Origin: a bacterium
Lineage (GTDB): Bacteria; UBA6262; WVXT01
DNA: 54,401 nucleotides
Assembly (NCBI GenBank): GCA_046759165.1
Contig: JBHIBS010000006.1
Location: 1 to 54,401, forward strand
Direction of reading: 5' to 3'
The position numbers were made by a program, and so were the translations under genes. Under the pieces are notes generated by a model. The model was not told the DNA's origin, searched no databases, and worked only from the letters and a program-made list of their open reading frames with translations. How positions within the stretch are numbered: position 1 is the stretch's first letter; each line of letters starts with the position of its first letter. This document shows positions 28,972-39,242 of the stretch, piece by piece.

Positions 28972-29678
28972 ATCGGACCTGTCTCCTGCTTCTTCTTTGG
29001 AGAGACCACCACTCTCCTGAAACTGCCCTCTCCCTTTGAGGTAGTCTCCACATCCCTATCATTCTTCAATGCAAGATGGATTACTCTGCGCTCAGTGGGA
29101 TTCATTGGTTCCAACTCACGAGGCTGGCCCTTCCTCTTCACTTCATTAGCTGCCTCCCTGGCCATCTTCACCAATGCCTTCTCCCGACGGTCGCGATAAT
29201 TTTCGCTATCCACAATTACCTTTGTTCTCGTCTTTTCATCCCTGTTCACAATTAAATTCACAATTAACTGGATGGCATTTAGGGTCTGCCCCCTCTTCCC
29301 GATTAGAATTGCCCCGTTTTCACTTGTGATGTCTGCCAGCACCTTTCCTCCTTCTATGGAAGTGGCCATTTCTGCCTCGATTCCCATTAATTTTAGGATT
29401 GCATCCAGTTCTTCCTTTGCTCTTTTCTGAGCAGAAATAAGATCGATGCCAGGAGGCTTCTTCCGAGCCACCTCTGCTTTTTCCTCTGTATCTAAGCCTT
29501 TTGAAGGTTTAACTATTAGCTTGACTTTAGCCGGGCTTGCCCCCATGAGTCCGAATAATCCCGCCTTGCCCTCATCCAGAATCTTTACTTCCACATCGTC
29601 TCGGGAAAGACCAAGCTCTTTTAAACCTTTCGCAATTGCTTCCCCGACATTCTTACCACTAAATTCTCTCTCTTCCAT
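28968..29678 (-). CDS. jag: Jag/KhpB RNA-binding protein
   Basis: Jag_N, KH LIGKRGQTL, R3H ERRVIH. Confidence 0.94.
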   Translation of the reverse strand: MEEREFSGKNVGEAIAKGLKELGLSRDDVEVKILDEGKAGLFGLMGASPAKVKLIVKPSKGLDTEEKAEVARKKPPGIDLISAQKRAKEELDAILKLMGIEAEMATSIEGGKVLADITSENGAILIGKRGQTLNAIQLIVNLIVNRDEKTRTKVIVDSENYRDRREKALVKMAREAANEVKRKGQPRELEPMNPTERRVIHLALKNDRDVETTSKGEGSFRRVVVSPKKKQETGPI

Positions 29679-29709
29679 TGAAAAATCTCCTATAAAACAA
29701 CTTAGAAAT

Positions 29710-31275
29710 TTAGGCTTTAACTTTCGATTTCCTGTGCATAATCAATTGCATGGTTAAGGTGAGAATGTTATTCATTAACCAGTAGAGAACCAGACCCGAA
29801 GGGAACTTCAGGAAGATAACCGTAAATAGAACTGGCATAAACATCATCATTTTAGACTGGGCAGGGTCACCTGTGGCAGTCAACTTCTGCTGCAAAAACA
29901 TGGTTACACCCATCAAAATTGGTAAGATATAGATAGGATCCTTCATGGATAAGTCCTTTATCCAGAATATAAAAGGCGAATGGCGAAGCTCAACTGCGCT
30001 TCTAAGCATTGTGAAAAGTGCCCAGAATATAGGAATCTGTAAGAGCATCGGCAGACAACCACCGAAAGGGTTCATTTTCCTGGAACGGTAAAGATTCATC
30101 ATCTCCACATTGAGTCTTTTAGGATCATTCTTATACTTCAACTTAAGTTCATTTATCTTCGGCTGAAGGCTCTTCATTGCCTCCATCGATTTGAAACTTC
30201 TCCTGGTCAAAGGAAAGGTGAAAACTTGCAATATACAGGTTAAAATGATTATAGATAAACCATAGTTATAAGTCACTTTGTAAAAAAAGTTTAAAATAGA
30301 TAGAAAGATTATGCTCAAGAATCCGAAGATTCCGAAGTCGAGAGTCCGCTCCAGACCAATATTCAAATTCTTCAAATATCTATAGTCTTTGGGACCCACC
30401 AATAGATCAACTTTGTAACTCTTAACCTGGTTAGGCGCTAAAACAGAGGGGGGAGCAACCAGACTAACAATAGGAATATGCTTATCGAAGCTTTCCACTC
30501 GGCCCGTAGAGAAATCTTCTTCCCTGTTAATAAATGCGGCAAGGAAGTATCGGTTGGTTACGCCTATCCAGTCTATCTCACCCGTGTAAGTATTGGGTTT
30601 CAATTTCTTCATAACCATGCCCTCAATTCTTCCTTGTGCTTTCATCATCTTCATATTCTCTTTAAGTAAGGCTTCATCTATGCCCAACCCTGCCTGCCAT
30701 AACAGAGTAAGATTCCCTATCTGTTTGGGGAATTTAGACTGGTTATGAATTCTCACTTCAAGACCTTGCAGATAACCTCTATAGGAGAACTTGTATATCT
30801 TGGAGAGAAAGAGCTCCTCACCCAATCGATAATTGAAGAGAACTTCTCCCTGCTCTCCCTCGCCCAATATAAGCTCTTCCTCCTCAGTTTCGAAATAGGC
30901 CTGAGAAAGAGCAGGGAAGCCCTCTATTTCCAAATCGAGAGGTAAGAGTCCCCGGCTACGAAAGCTCTCCAGAACAAGGTCGACCTTATCTCCTTTCTCC
31001 TTAATAGACCACTCCAATACCCTTGCTCCCTGCGTGGTGAGGACAATTCTGGAAGTGTCAGTAATTATTACTACTCGCCTAGCCTCTCGCTTAAGTTCCA
31101 AAGGCCCAGGGCTAACTCTTGCTCCCGTCCCAATCTCTTCCACACTCTCCACTCTTTCTGGGGCAGGAGCAACTCCCCTCTCCACGGAAGGAGTGCGCCG
31201 GGGAGTAAAAAATCTTTGCCAAACCAGAAGAATTATCATCGAAATGACGACGACAAGTATCGTTCTCTTCTCCAT
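29710..31275 (-). CDS. yidC: Membrane protein insertase with large periplasmic domain
   Basis: GPK, GGCLPMLLQIPIF, WIKDLS, PSGLVLYW; start MEKRTIL after AGGTGA. Confidence 0.95.
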   Translation of the reverse strand: MEKRTILVVVISMIILLVWQRFFTPRRTPSVERGVAPAPERVESVEEIGTGARVSPGPLELKREARRVVIITDTSRIVLTTQGARVLEWSIKEKGDKVDLVLESFRSRGLLPLDLEIEGFPALSQAYFETEEEELILGEGEQGEVLFNYRLGEELFLSKIYKFSYRGYLQGLEVRIHNQSKFPKQIGNLTLLWQAGLGIDEALLKENMKMMKAQGRIEGMVMKKLKPNTYTGEIDWIGVTNRYFLAAFINREEDFSTGRVESFDKHIPIVSLVAPPSVLAPNQVKSYKVDLLVGPKDYRYLKNLNIGLERTLDFGIFGFLSIIFLSILNFFYKVTYNYGLSIIILTCILQVFTFPLTRRSFKSMEAMKSLQPKINELKLKYKNDPKRLNVEMMNLYRSRKMNPFGGCLPMLLQIPIFWALFTMLRSAVELRHSPFIFWIKDLSMKDPIYILPILMGVTMFLQQKLTATGDPAQSKMMMFMPVLFTVIFLKFPSGLVLYWLMNNILTLTMQLIMHRKSKVKA

Positions 31276-31304
31276 CGAATCACCTTCCTGCCTTAGAATG
31301 AAAT

Positions 31305-31514
31305 CTATCTTACCGGGTCGTAACCTCCGGGATGAAGGGGGTGACATTTCAGCAGTCTTTTTATTCCTAAGAATGTTCCCTTCGCTATTCCGTATTTCTT
31401 GAGGGCTTGAATTGTGTACTCCGAACAGGTGGGATAGAAGCGGCAAACTCTGGGAAAAAGAGAGGAAATCTTCTGATAAAATCTAATCACTATTAGAATT
31501 GTCTTTACTATCAT
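31305..31514 (-). CDS. yidD: Membrane protein insertion efficiency factor
   Basis: [21 protein letters not shown]. Confidence 0.95.
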   Translation of the reverse strand: MIVKTILIVIRFYQKISSLFPRVCRFYPTCSEYTIQALKKYGIAKGTFLGIKRLLKCHPLHPGGYDPVR

Positions 31515-31520
31515 TATCCC

Positions 31521-31931
31521 TCAATTCCTAACTATCCTGGCCCTCTCCCAGAGGTTCAGAATTCTCTCTTCCATCTCAAAGTAATCAACTAATTCCCTGG
31601 CAGAAGAACGGGCAACCAAGATCATTTCAATTCTGTCTTGTAGTTGGAACTGGTGGAGGCGAAATACTTCTCGCATCCAGCGTTTAATTCGATTGCGAAC
31701 TACAGCCTTACCAATCCGTCTATGTATGGAAAGCCCAAGCCTGGGTGGATGACTCTGGCCGAAAGGAGTGACTCCATTCGATGAGCAAGTAACCGGATTT
31801 ATCTCTGAAGTCTTCTTGAGGACATACATAACAAAATACTGGTCAGCATAGGATTTCCCTTTTCTCATAATTTCTTTAAATTCCGCCTCACGTTTTATCT
31901 TCCGATATTTGCCTAGCCCGAGTTTTTTCAT
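31521..31931 (-). CDS. rnpA: RNase P protein component
   Basis: RLGLSI..GKAVVRNRIKR..RE; contains an internal insertion. Confidence 0.92.
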   Translation of the reverse strand: MKKLGLGKYRKIKREAEFKEIMRKGKSYADQYFVMYVLKKTSEINPVTCSSNGVTPFGQSHPPRLGLSIHRRIGKAVVRNRIKRWMREVFRLHQFQLQDRIEMILVARSSARELVDYFEMEERILNLWERARIVRN

Positions 31932-31951
31932 GACACCGCAAATTTCTCCCG

Positions 31952-32086
31952 TTAAGGAGACAACTTTCTTCTCCCCTTTCTTCTTCTTGCCCTCAAAATT
32001 CTCCCGCCGCTCTTTGTCGCCATCCTCTTTCTGAAGCCGTGAACTCTCTTCCTTCTTCTAACTTTCGGTTGGTAAGTCCTTTTCAT
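31952..32086 (-). CDS. rpmH: 50S ribosomal protein L34 (absent from the ORF track)
   Basis: Manual translation [44 protein letters not shown]. Confidence 0.97.
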   Translation of the reverse strand: MKRTYQPKVRRRKRVHGFRKRMATKSGGRILRARRRKGRRKLSP

Positions 32087-32115
32087 TATTGCCACGCCAA
32101 TCAAAATTTTTTTAA

Positions 32116-32144
32116 ATTGTATCTTTTATTGCCTCTCTTGTCAA
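32116..32144 (-). promoter_or_regulatory. rpmH promoter
   Basis: TTGACA-17-TACAAT. Confidence 0.75.
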
Positions 32145-32208
32145 GGATTGGTTCAGTTAGCAATTCTGGTTCCAATATTTTTGCCAAAAAATTTCCTCTA
32201 AAAAAATG

Positions 32209-32237
32209 TTGACATGTCTTGGAAAGAATAATATAAT
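32209..32237 (+). promoter_or_regulatory. dnaA promoter
   Basis: Perfect TTGACA-17-TATAAT. Confidence 0.8.
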
Positions 32238-32500
32238 ATGTTCTAAAAATTCCAAAAAATTTCTTCTACATTAGGCAAGGGCTCTCAAAATTCTATCCAT
32301 TTACCCCATTACTACCTGACGTTTATCCCTAACCTCTGCATTGACGACAGGCAGTTTCAGTTTTCTTACCAAAACAGATTTGATAAATTCTAGATTACTA
32401 GGTATTTCAAACCAGAAATCGCATTACTCTCTTCTAGTTATGCACACCTGTGAAAAACTTGTTAGTAACTTCTCTCAAATCGGTGGAAAAGGGGGCAGAA

Positions 32501-33862
32501 ATGGTATTGTCTGCAGAACAATTATGGAGCGAAATTCTAAATAAACTCAAGGAAGAAATGGCCAAAGATAGTTACGAACTCTGGTTCAAGCCGACAAGAG
32601 CCATATCTTTTGAGGACAATCTCCTAACCGTTCGTGTGCCTAATAGGTTCTTTTCCAAATGTTTACAAGAGAGGCACAAGGGAAAAATCGAAGAATTGCT
32701 AAGAGCAATTACTGCCCCAGAAGCGCAAATAATTTTCACAATTGATACCCAATCCCAGGTTCAGGAAAACGAGAGGAAAGATGAGGAAATTGAACCCACA
32801 TCCCTTGCAGCAGATGAAACTACCTTCACCACAATGGAATTCAATCCCAAGTACACCTTTGAGAATTTTGTGGTTGGTCCTTCTAATCGTTTCGCTCACG
32901 CAACCGCAGAAGCAGTAGCCAATGACCCTGGAAAAGCATATAACCCCGTATTCATATACGGCGGGGTGGGCTTGGGGAAAACACATCTATTACAGGCTAT
33001 CGGACACCATAATAAAAAACAGAATCCCAGACTTTCCGTTCTCTATATCACATCGGAAAGATTCACCAATGAACTTATTGAGTCCATCCGAAACGACAGG
33101 ATGATAGAATTCCGCAACAAGTATCGTAATCTGGATGTTCTCCTGATCGATGACGTCCAATTTTTGGCCGGGAAGGAAAGCACACAAGAGGAATTTTTCC
33201 ATATGTTCAATACGCTTTATGAAGCACACAAACAGATTGTTATTTCCTCCGACTCCACCCCCAAGGAGATACCCACTCTCGAAGAGAGGCTCTGCTCCAG
33301 GTTCCAATGGGGAGTAATTGCCGACATCCAGCCGCCTGATATAGAGACCAGAATTGCCATCCTAAGAAAGAAAGCAGAAGTAGAAAAGATCTTCATTCCA
33401 GACGATGTAGTTCTGTTTCTTGCCAGCCAAATAAAGTCGAACATCAGAGAGCTGGAAGGGTGTTTAATCAGAATCGTCGCGTTTTCTTCATTGACCGGAA
33501 GTGAAGTTACTGTGGATCGCGCTAAAGAGATTTTAAAGGATATAATTACCAAAAAGGAGATTGCTGCTCCCATAACCATAGAACTGATTCAAAAAGTAGT
33601 GAGCAAGCATTTCCATTTAGATATTAAGGAGATGAAAAGTAAAAAGAGAACAGATGCGGTCGCTTTTCCTCGCCAGGTGGCAATGTCTCTGGCCAGGACC
33701 TTAACCGAATATTCTACCACAGAGATCGGGGCGGAATTTGGTGGCAGGGATCACACAACCGTAATGTATGCTTGCGAAAAGATTAAGCTGAAACTTGCGG
33801 GTGACCCTTTCTTTGCCGCTTTGATAAATAGGATAACCCAGGAAATAAAGACTGGAGTATAG
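32501..33862 (+). CDS. dnaA: Chromosomal replication initiator
   Basis: YTFENFV.G.SN, GGVGLGKT, IDDVQF, RELEG, GGRDHTTV; likely ATG at 32501. Confidence 0.98.
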   Translation: MVLSAEQLWSEILNKLKEEMAKDSYELWFKPTRAISFEDNLLTVRVPNRFFSKCLQERHKGKIEELLRAITAPEAQIIFTIDTQSQVQENERKDEEIEPTSLAADETTFTTMEFNPKYTFENFVVGPSNRFAHATAEAVANDPGKAYNPVFIYGGVGLGKTHLLQAIGHHNKKQNPRLSVLYITSERFTNELIESIRNDRMIEFRNKYRNLDVLLIDDVQFLAGKESTQEEFFHMFNTLYEAHKQIVISSDSTPKEIPTLEERLCSRFQWGVIADIQPPDIETRIAILRKKAEVEKIFIPDDVVLFLASQIKSNIRELEGCLIRIVAFSSLTGSEVTVDRAKEILKDIITKKEIAAPITIELIQKVVSKHFHLDIKEMKSKKRTDAVAFPRQVAMSLARTLTEYSTTEIGAEFGGRDHTTVMYACEKIKLKLAGDPFFAALINRITQEIKTGV

Positions 33863-34107
33863 AGGAGTATAATATGTTAAGAGCCTGTTAGTAAGCCGAA
33901 GCCTCGGTGAATAAGTTTCCAGAAATGGGTTTCTTGGGCATTATTTTAATATTTTCTAGCCCCTATTCACATCATATTCTCCTTTAAGGATTTTTGAAAA
34001 AAAGAGGTTAAATGTAAACTTCTTTCGTTCCTCCAATGTTATTGACATATTAACACTTCATACTAGTAATACTGCTTTAAAAATATTTAAAAAGAAGGAG
34101 GAGAAGG
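33863..34107. other. oriC: oriC (dnaA-dnaN intergenic)
   Basis: Degenerate DnaA boxes (CTATTCACA 33963, TTATTGACA 34039, reverse TTATTCACC near 33906), then TAC-TAG-TAA-TAC trios at 34061 and an AT-rich tract; gene-strand switch nearby. Confidence 0.75.
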
Positions 34108-35232
34108 ATGCAAATTACTTGCAAACGTGAAAGCCTACTAAAAGGGATTCAGACAGTACAATCTGTGGTAGGGACCAAGAGCACTCTTCCTGTGCTGGCA
34201 AATGTTTTATTGGATGCTAAGGGGAAGAAAATGGATATGACGGCCACAGACTTGGAAGTGGCAGTAAGATGTTCGGTAAAAGTAGAAGTTGCAGAACCAG
34301 GTGCGGTAACTGTGCCAGCAAGAACTCTCTCAGAGGTGGTGCGGGAGTTACCATCTGAAGACCTTGATATCAGAGTTGATAAAAAAAGCAAGGTGGAAAT
34401 CAATAGTGGACAGGCAATGTTCAATCTGATGGGATTGCCCCGGGAAGATTACCCAGTGCTGCCGAAATTCAAAGCGGACGGGGAATTCTTTATTGAGCGG
34501 AAGTTGTTAAGTGAAATGATTAAGAAGACCATTTTTTCTGTTTCACACGATCAAACCCGCTATGTTCTCTGTGGCGTCTATTTCCACGTGGAGAAGGGAA
34601 AGATTACAATGGTTTCCACCGACGGTCGTCGATTGTCCTACATTTCAAAAGATATAGAAATCGATAAAGGGAAGGAAGCAAAAGCAATCATCCCCACAAA
34701 GGCGATCAATGAACTTAATAGAATCTTGGCACAAGGTGGAACAACAGAAGAAGCCGATGAAGACAGCAAAGTAAAAATAAGCATTGAGCAGAACCAAGTA
34801 AACTTCATGGCAGACGATACTGTTTTGATTTCCAGATTAATTGAGGGCCATTTCCCCAACTACGAACAGGTCATTCCCAGAAGTAGTGAGATCAAGCTTA
34901 AAATAAGGACCGAAGAACTATTGCAAGCAACTAAGAGAGTTGCGCTTTTGACTACCGAAAAGTCTAACTCGATCAGGTATTCGCTGAAACCGAATAAGCT
35001 AATTATTAGTGCCAATACAGAAGGGCTTGGTGAGGCCCGGGACGTTGTTGGAATCGATTATGCTGGAGAGGGGATGGAAATTGCATGTAATCCCCAATTT
35101 CTAATCGACGTGTTGAGAAATATTGACTGCGAAGAAGTGTTTTTAGAGCTGACCAACTCCCTCAATCCGTGTTTAATAAGGCCAACAACCGGGGAAGATT
35201 ACATTTCCATAGTCATGCCTATGAGAATATGA
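34108..35232 (+). CDS. dnaN: DNA polymerase III beta clamp
   Basis: ATDLE, STDGRRL, G.FPNY..VIP, VMPMRI. Confidence 0.97.
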   Translation: MQITCKRESLLKGIQTVQSVVGTKSTLPVLANVLLDAKGKKMDMTATDLEVAVRCSVKVEVAEPGAVTVPARTLSEVVRELPSEDLDIRVDKKSKVEINSGQAMFNLMGLPREDYPVLPKFKADGEFFIERKLLSEMIKKTIFSVSHDQTRYVLCGVYFHVEKGKITMVSTDGRRLSYISKDIEIDKGKEAKAIIPTKAINELNRILAQGGTTEEADEDSKVKISIEQNQVNFMADDTVLISRLIEGHFPNYEQVIPRSSEIKLKIRTEELLQATKRVALLTTEKSNSIRYSLKPNKLIISANTEGLGEARDVVGIDYAGEGMEIACNPQFLIDVLRNIDCEEVFLELTNSLNPCLIRPTTGEDYISIVMPMRI

Positions 35233-35245
35233 TTAATGTATTGAG

Positions 35246-36364
35246 GTGGATTTGATTCTCAAAAAAGTTTTCTTGGAGAACTTTAGAAACTATCAAAAGT
35301 TAATTTTGAATTTTGGCAATGGAGTGAACATTATCTGGGGCAGAAATGCTTCTGGAAAGACGAACATTCTGGAAGCGATGTTGTTCCTAAGGACAACTAA
35401 GTCCCATCGAACAGCAGCCTTTAAAGATTTGATCTCCTGGGGCAAGAGGAATTTCTATATAAGGGGTGAAGGAGAGAAAGAAACGGGTCCCATAGTTATT
35501 GAGATTGTTTTCCCCGAGAAGGGGGGAAAAACTGATGAAGCTCAATAATAACCCCTTAAGGAGAAGAAGAGATTTAATCGGTCAGATGCCGGTAGTCTTC
35601 TTCTCTCCTGAAGATTTACAATTGGTGAAAGGTGACCCCGGTTCAAGAAGACGTTTTCCTGAACACTTTACTCTGTCAGATTTCGAAGAGGTATGTTGTA
35701 GTTCTTCAGAAGTATCAGCGAATTCTTTTGGAAGGAAACAGTGCTCTCCGCCAGGTGAGGGGGGGCAATCTCAGGAGATCGGTTTTATCAGCCTGGGATG
35801 AGCAAGTGGTTCAGTACGGCAACGAGATAATGGTGGCAAGGAGGCAAATTGTAGGGAAATTGAGCGCTGCTTCTTCCCGAATCCGTAAACAGATGACAGG
35901 AGGTAGTGAAGATTTGAGATTGAGCTATCGAACTACTGTTCCCTTTTTTGTCAAGGAGAAGGAGATGGACAGGGTATCATAAGAGACTTGTTAAGAAAAG
36001 GGAATACGAAATCTTCCAAGGGATAACCCTGATCGGTCCTCATTGGGACGACATCTCAATTTACTCAAATAGCATAGACCTCCGCCGCTATGGCTCACAA
36101 GGTCAAAGCCGCACTTACACCCTGTCACTTAAATTAGCGGAACTGGAACTCATGAAGAGTTTTTTGAGGGGATATCCGATAAGATTGTTTGATGATGTGA
36201 TGTGCGAGCTCGATAGTGAAGGTCGGCGTTCTTTTTTAAATCTTCCCGATAGGAACGTTCAATCATTTATCACTACTACTGAGCTGGGCGTTCTGGATAG
36301 TATCAAGGAGAGAGCTTCTATTTTTGATATAGAGAGGAGAGAACGAGCACAGTGGCATACTTGA
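35246..36364 (+). pseudogene. recF: RecF split into four frames
   Basis: NFRNY and G.NASGKTN / FSPEDL.LVKG.P..RRRF / Y..Y...L...N..L / GPH(W)DD, GSQGQ.R, DDV..ELD lie in successive frames; shifts near 35521-31, 35654-58 and 35971-75. Confidence 0.9.
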
Positions 36365-36660
36365 GGGAGATAAAAGAAATAGTTCGCCAGACTCTGAAGA
36401 AATTTAACCTGGGAGAGGAGAGTCAGAAATTGTTCGCTGTCTGGCAAGAAGAGCTGGGCGAACTGGCCAAGCATGCCCAAATTGGTAAATTTCGAGAAGG
36501 CAAATTGTTAGTAGAAGTAGACAATCCTGTCTATATGCAAGAACTGTCGGCAAAAAGGAAATCTATCATGGATAGAGTAAATAAAAGGATGGGCAAAAGA
36601 TTTATTGTGGAAGTCCGTTTTAGGCTTGGTAAAATAGATAGCAGTAGAAGTGAAAATTAA
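36352..36660 (+). CDS. dciA: DUF721/DciA helicase loader
   Basis: W....G..A.HA......G.L.V.V....Y.QEL; position after recF. Confidence 0.8.
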   Translation: MAYLREIKEIVRQTLKKFNLGEESQKLFAVWQEELGELAKHAQIGKFREGKLLVEVDNPVYMQELSAKRKSIMDRVNKRMGKRFIVEVRFRLGKIDSSRSEN

Positions 36661-36734
36661 GACGGGAATGGTAGGCGATTAATCGCAGCGGGATTTCTTC
36701 TGAAAAGATGGGTGCTCCTGCTTTTAGGCATAAT

Positions 36735-36926
36735 GTCATGGCGAGCGAGTGAAAGGAGCGTTTCAGTCCGACCCGAAGGGTCGTTGGCAGCGAGAACCCC
36801 ATGGCAAACCGACGAAGTCGTTGGGAGCCCCAAAGGGGCGTGGCAATCTCCATAATAGAACGGGATTCCTTGACTTTCGCTCGGAATGACACTTCGTGTC
36901 CAGTCGCTTCGCTCCCTGGCAATGAC
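36735..36926. repeat. Composite GTCAT..ATGAC palindromic element (RPE/REP-like)
   Basis: GTCATGGCGAG..CGTGGCAATCTC..CGCTTCGCTCCCTGGCAATGAC with nested GGATTCC..CGCTCGGAATGACA and internal hairpins. Confidence 0.75.
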
Positions 36927-37084
36927 TCTCGAGGCCCCAAATCAAAAGTCCTCCCCATCGGGTCGTCGCACAATATTTTGCTTGGAGGAGAATCAGTCGT
37001 CCTAGGTTTTTGCCTAAAATTTCTATTGTCTTTGAAATGTTGTAGCGGTGGAGCGAAACTCTGCTTTTTGGAAAGGGAACCTTT

Positions 37085-38015
37085 ATGGCCAGAAGAAAGG
37101 TCTTAGTTGTTGATGATGAAAAGTGTGTTGTGGAACTGAGCAAGGATATTCTGGAATCTGCAGGATATAAGGTCGTTCCTGCTTATAATGGTAAGGAGGC
37201 ACTGGAAAAAGTCTATACTGAATCTCCCGATCTGATTCTTCTGGACATTTTGCTGCCTAAGGTAGATGGATATCAGGTCTGCCGGGATATAAGAAAAGAC
37301 CTCCTCCTGGCCAATATCCCCATTGTTCTGTTAATAGATAGAGGAAAAGAGAGAGATGAAATTAAGGGATTGGGCATCGCTGCTGATGACTACATAGTAA
37401 AGCCTTTCAGGCCGGGTGTTCTCTTGGCTAGGGTGAAGATGGTGCTCAAACGCAGACTCCGAAGCTTGGAAGCAAACCTCTCACGCGCCTCCCCGGGAAT
37501 ACTGCAATCATCGATGAGATCGAGGAACATATCGACAGCGACAGACTTTTCGCAGTGCTTTATTTTGGCCTCGACAATTTTGAGCCTTTTAACGACAGGT
37601 ATAGCTTCGAGTTGGGGGATAAAGTAATCCAGCAGATAGCTAGGATAATTATCAAACATATGAAGGAACTGGGCAATGCTGAAGATTTTATCGGGCATAT
37701 TGGCGGAGACGACTTCGTCGGCATTACTACTCCGGATAAAGTCGATTCCATTTGTTCTGCGATTATTAAGTCGTTTGATAAGGAGATTCCCAAATTCTAT
37801 TCACCAAAAGACCGAACCAAAGGATACATCACTGGTAAAGACAGACAGGGAAAGATAAATAATTTCCGATAATGTTAATAAGCATCGGTGTAGTAACCAA
37901 TACGAAAAGGAGATTTGGCCATAAGGGACAGTTTGCAACAGTAGGTGCTGAGATAAAGAAGTATGCAAAATCTCTTGAGGGAAGTAATTACGTAATAGAT
38001 AGAAGAGCAAGATAG
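37085..38015 (+). pseudogene. REC-GGDEF response regulator, two frameshifts
   Basis: REC domain, shift near 37477 restores ANPLTRLPGN, GHIGGDDF, second shift near 37864 gives FPIM..SIGVV..KKYAK; DLDNFK has decayed to GLDNFE. Confidence 0.85.
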
Positions 38016-38159
38016 AACCAAATAATATATAAAACAAAAGGTAAATTCTTTGATAAATTCCCTAAAAGTTCAAAAAGTGTCACCGTCGAGTTACGGGAAA
38101 ATACTATATTTTCAGCACTATCTGGGTAGAAATTGCCATAATTGATTGGGAGGAGTGGT

Positions 38160-38849
38160 GTGGCAAAGCAGAAGATTTTAGTGGTTGATGATGAACCAGA
38201 CCTTGTGGAAATGGTAAAAGACGTTCTAGAACGGAATGATTATTCGGTCATTTCGGCGGGCAATGCTGATCTTGCTATCAAGAAGGTCAGAGAATCTAGG
38301 CCCAACCTCATAATTTTAGATTTGAATCTCCCGGGTATCGGAGGAATAGAGGTTTGTCGTATTTTGAAGCAAGATAAGGAAACAAGTTCTATTCCCATTA
38401 TTATGGTGACTGTAAAATCGACTGAGACTGAAAAAATTGCTGGGTTGGAGGCAGGAGCTGACGACTATATGACCAAGCCCTTCAGTACAGGCGAACTGGT
38501 GGCGAGAGTGAGGGCTGTTCTGAGAAGGATTGTGTATGCAGGCGAGGAAGGAGAGGTTTTGGTGTCCGGAGATATTAAGGTCGATTCAACTGAACACATG
38601 GTATATGTGAAGAATAAACAAATCAACTTTACACCAAAAGAGTTTAATCTGCTTTATATGTTAATAAAGAAAAAGGGCAAAGTACTGAGCAGAACTTTTC
38701 TCATGGAAAATATCTGGGGCTATGAATATGTTGGTGGTACAAGAACTGTGGATGTTCACGTGCGCCATTTGAGGGAGAAGTTGGGTGAAGAGGCGAAGAA
38801 GATAGAAACTGTGGAAGGTGTAGGTTATAAATTGGTTGATGAAGATTGA
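38160..38849 (+). CDS. OmpR/PhoB-family response regulator
   Basis: VVDDE, LDLNLP, GADDY.TKPF, T.KEF.LL, RTVDVHV..LR.KL, TV.GVGY. Confidence 0.93.
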   Translation: MAKQKILVVDDEPDLVEMVKDVLERNDYSVISAGNADLAIKKVRESRPNLIILDLNLPGIGGIEVCRILKQDKETSSIPIIMVTVKSTETEKIAGLEAGADDYMTKPFSTGELVARVRAVLRRIVYAGEEGEVLVSGDIKVDSTEHMVYVKNKQINFTPKEFNLLYMLIKKKGKVLSRTFLMENIWGYEYVGGTRTVDVHVRHLREKLGEEAKKIETVEGVGYKLVDED

Positions 38850-39211
38850 CCATTCAAATTCCCTCAGGAGTATTCTGGAGCCAGAAGACTGTAGGGTGTA
38901 TTCGGCAGAAAGCGGGGAAGAGGCACGGGGAGAAGTATCTAAATTGAGGGCTGACTTGATCATTCCGGACATAATAATTGCCAATGTGGTATGCCACATG
39001 TAAGATCTTAAAGGCCGACGACCAGACGAGTCCTATTCCAATTATAATACTGAGTATTAAACCTTCGATTGAAGATAGTATTACGGGACTAAATATAGAA
39101 GCAGATGATTACATTGGTAAACTTTTTGATCCTGGTGAGTTAGTGGCAAGGGCGGGAGTAGTGTTAAGGGGCTATGGACACTCGCCCATTTCTGGAAGCG
39201 AGAGAAGCTGA
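38839..39211 (+). pseudogene. Decayed single-domain receiver protein
   Basis: ILE.E...V.SA.SGEEA..ADLII.D in one frame, CKILK....IPIIILS..ADDYI.K.F...ELVAR in another. Confidence 0.65.
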
Positions 39212-39242
39212 CCCTTTCGCTCTTTTAAGACTTTTTTGGAAG

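Noticed and set aside
31276-31446. N-terminal extension of YidC in the ORF track
   Set aside because: Overlaps yidD; an RBS precedes MEKRTIL at 31275
35246-36364. Programmed frameshifting or an alternative genetic code to rescue recF
   Set aside because: Three independent shifts plus motif decay; other genes use TGA, TAA and TAG as normal stops
36620-37143. ORFs 36620-36973, 36763-37143 and 36801-37106
   Set aside because: They are translations of the palindromic repeat element
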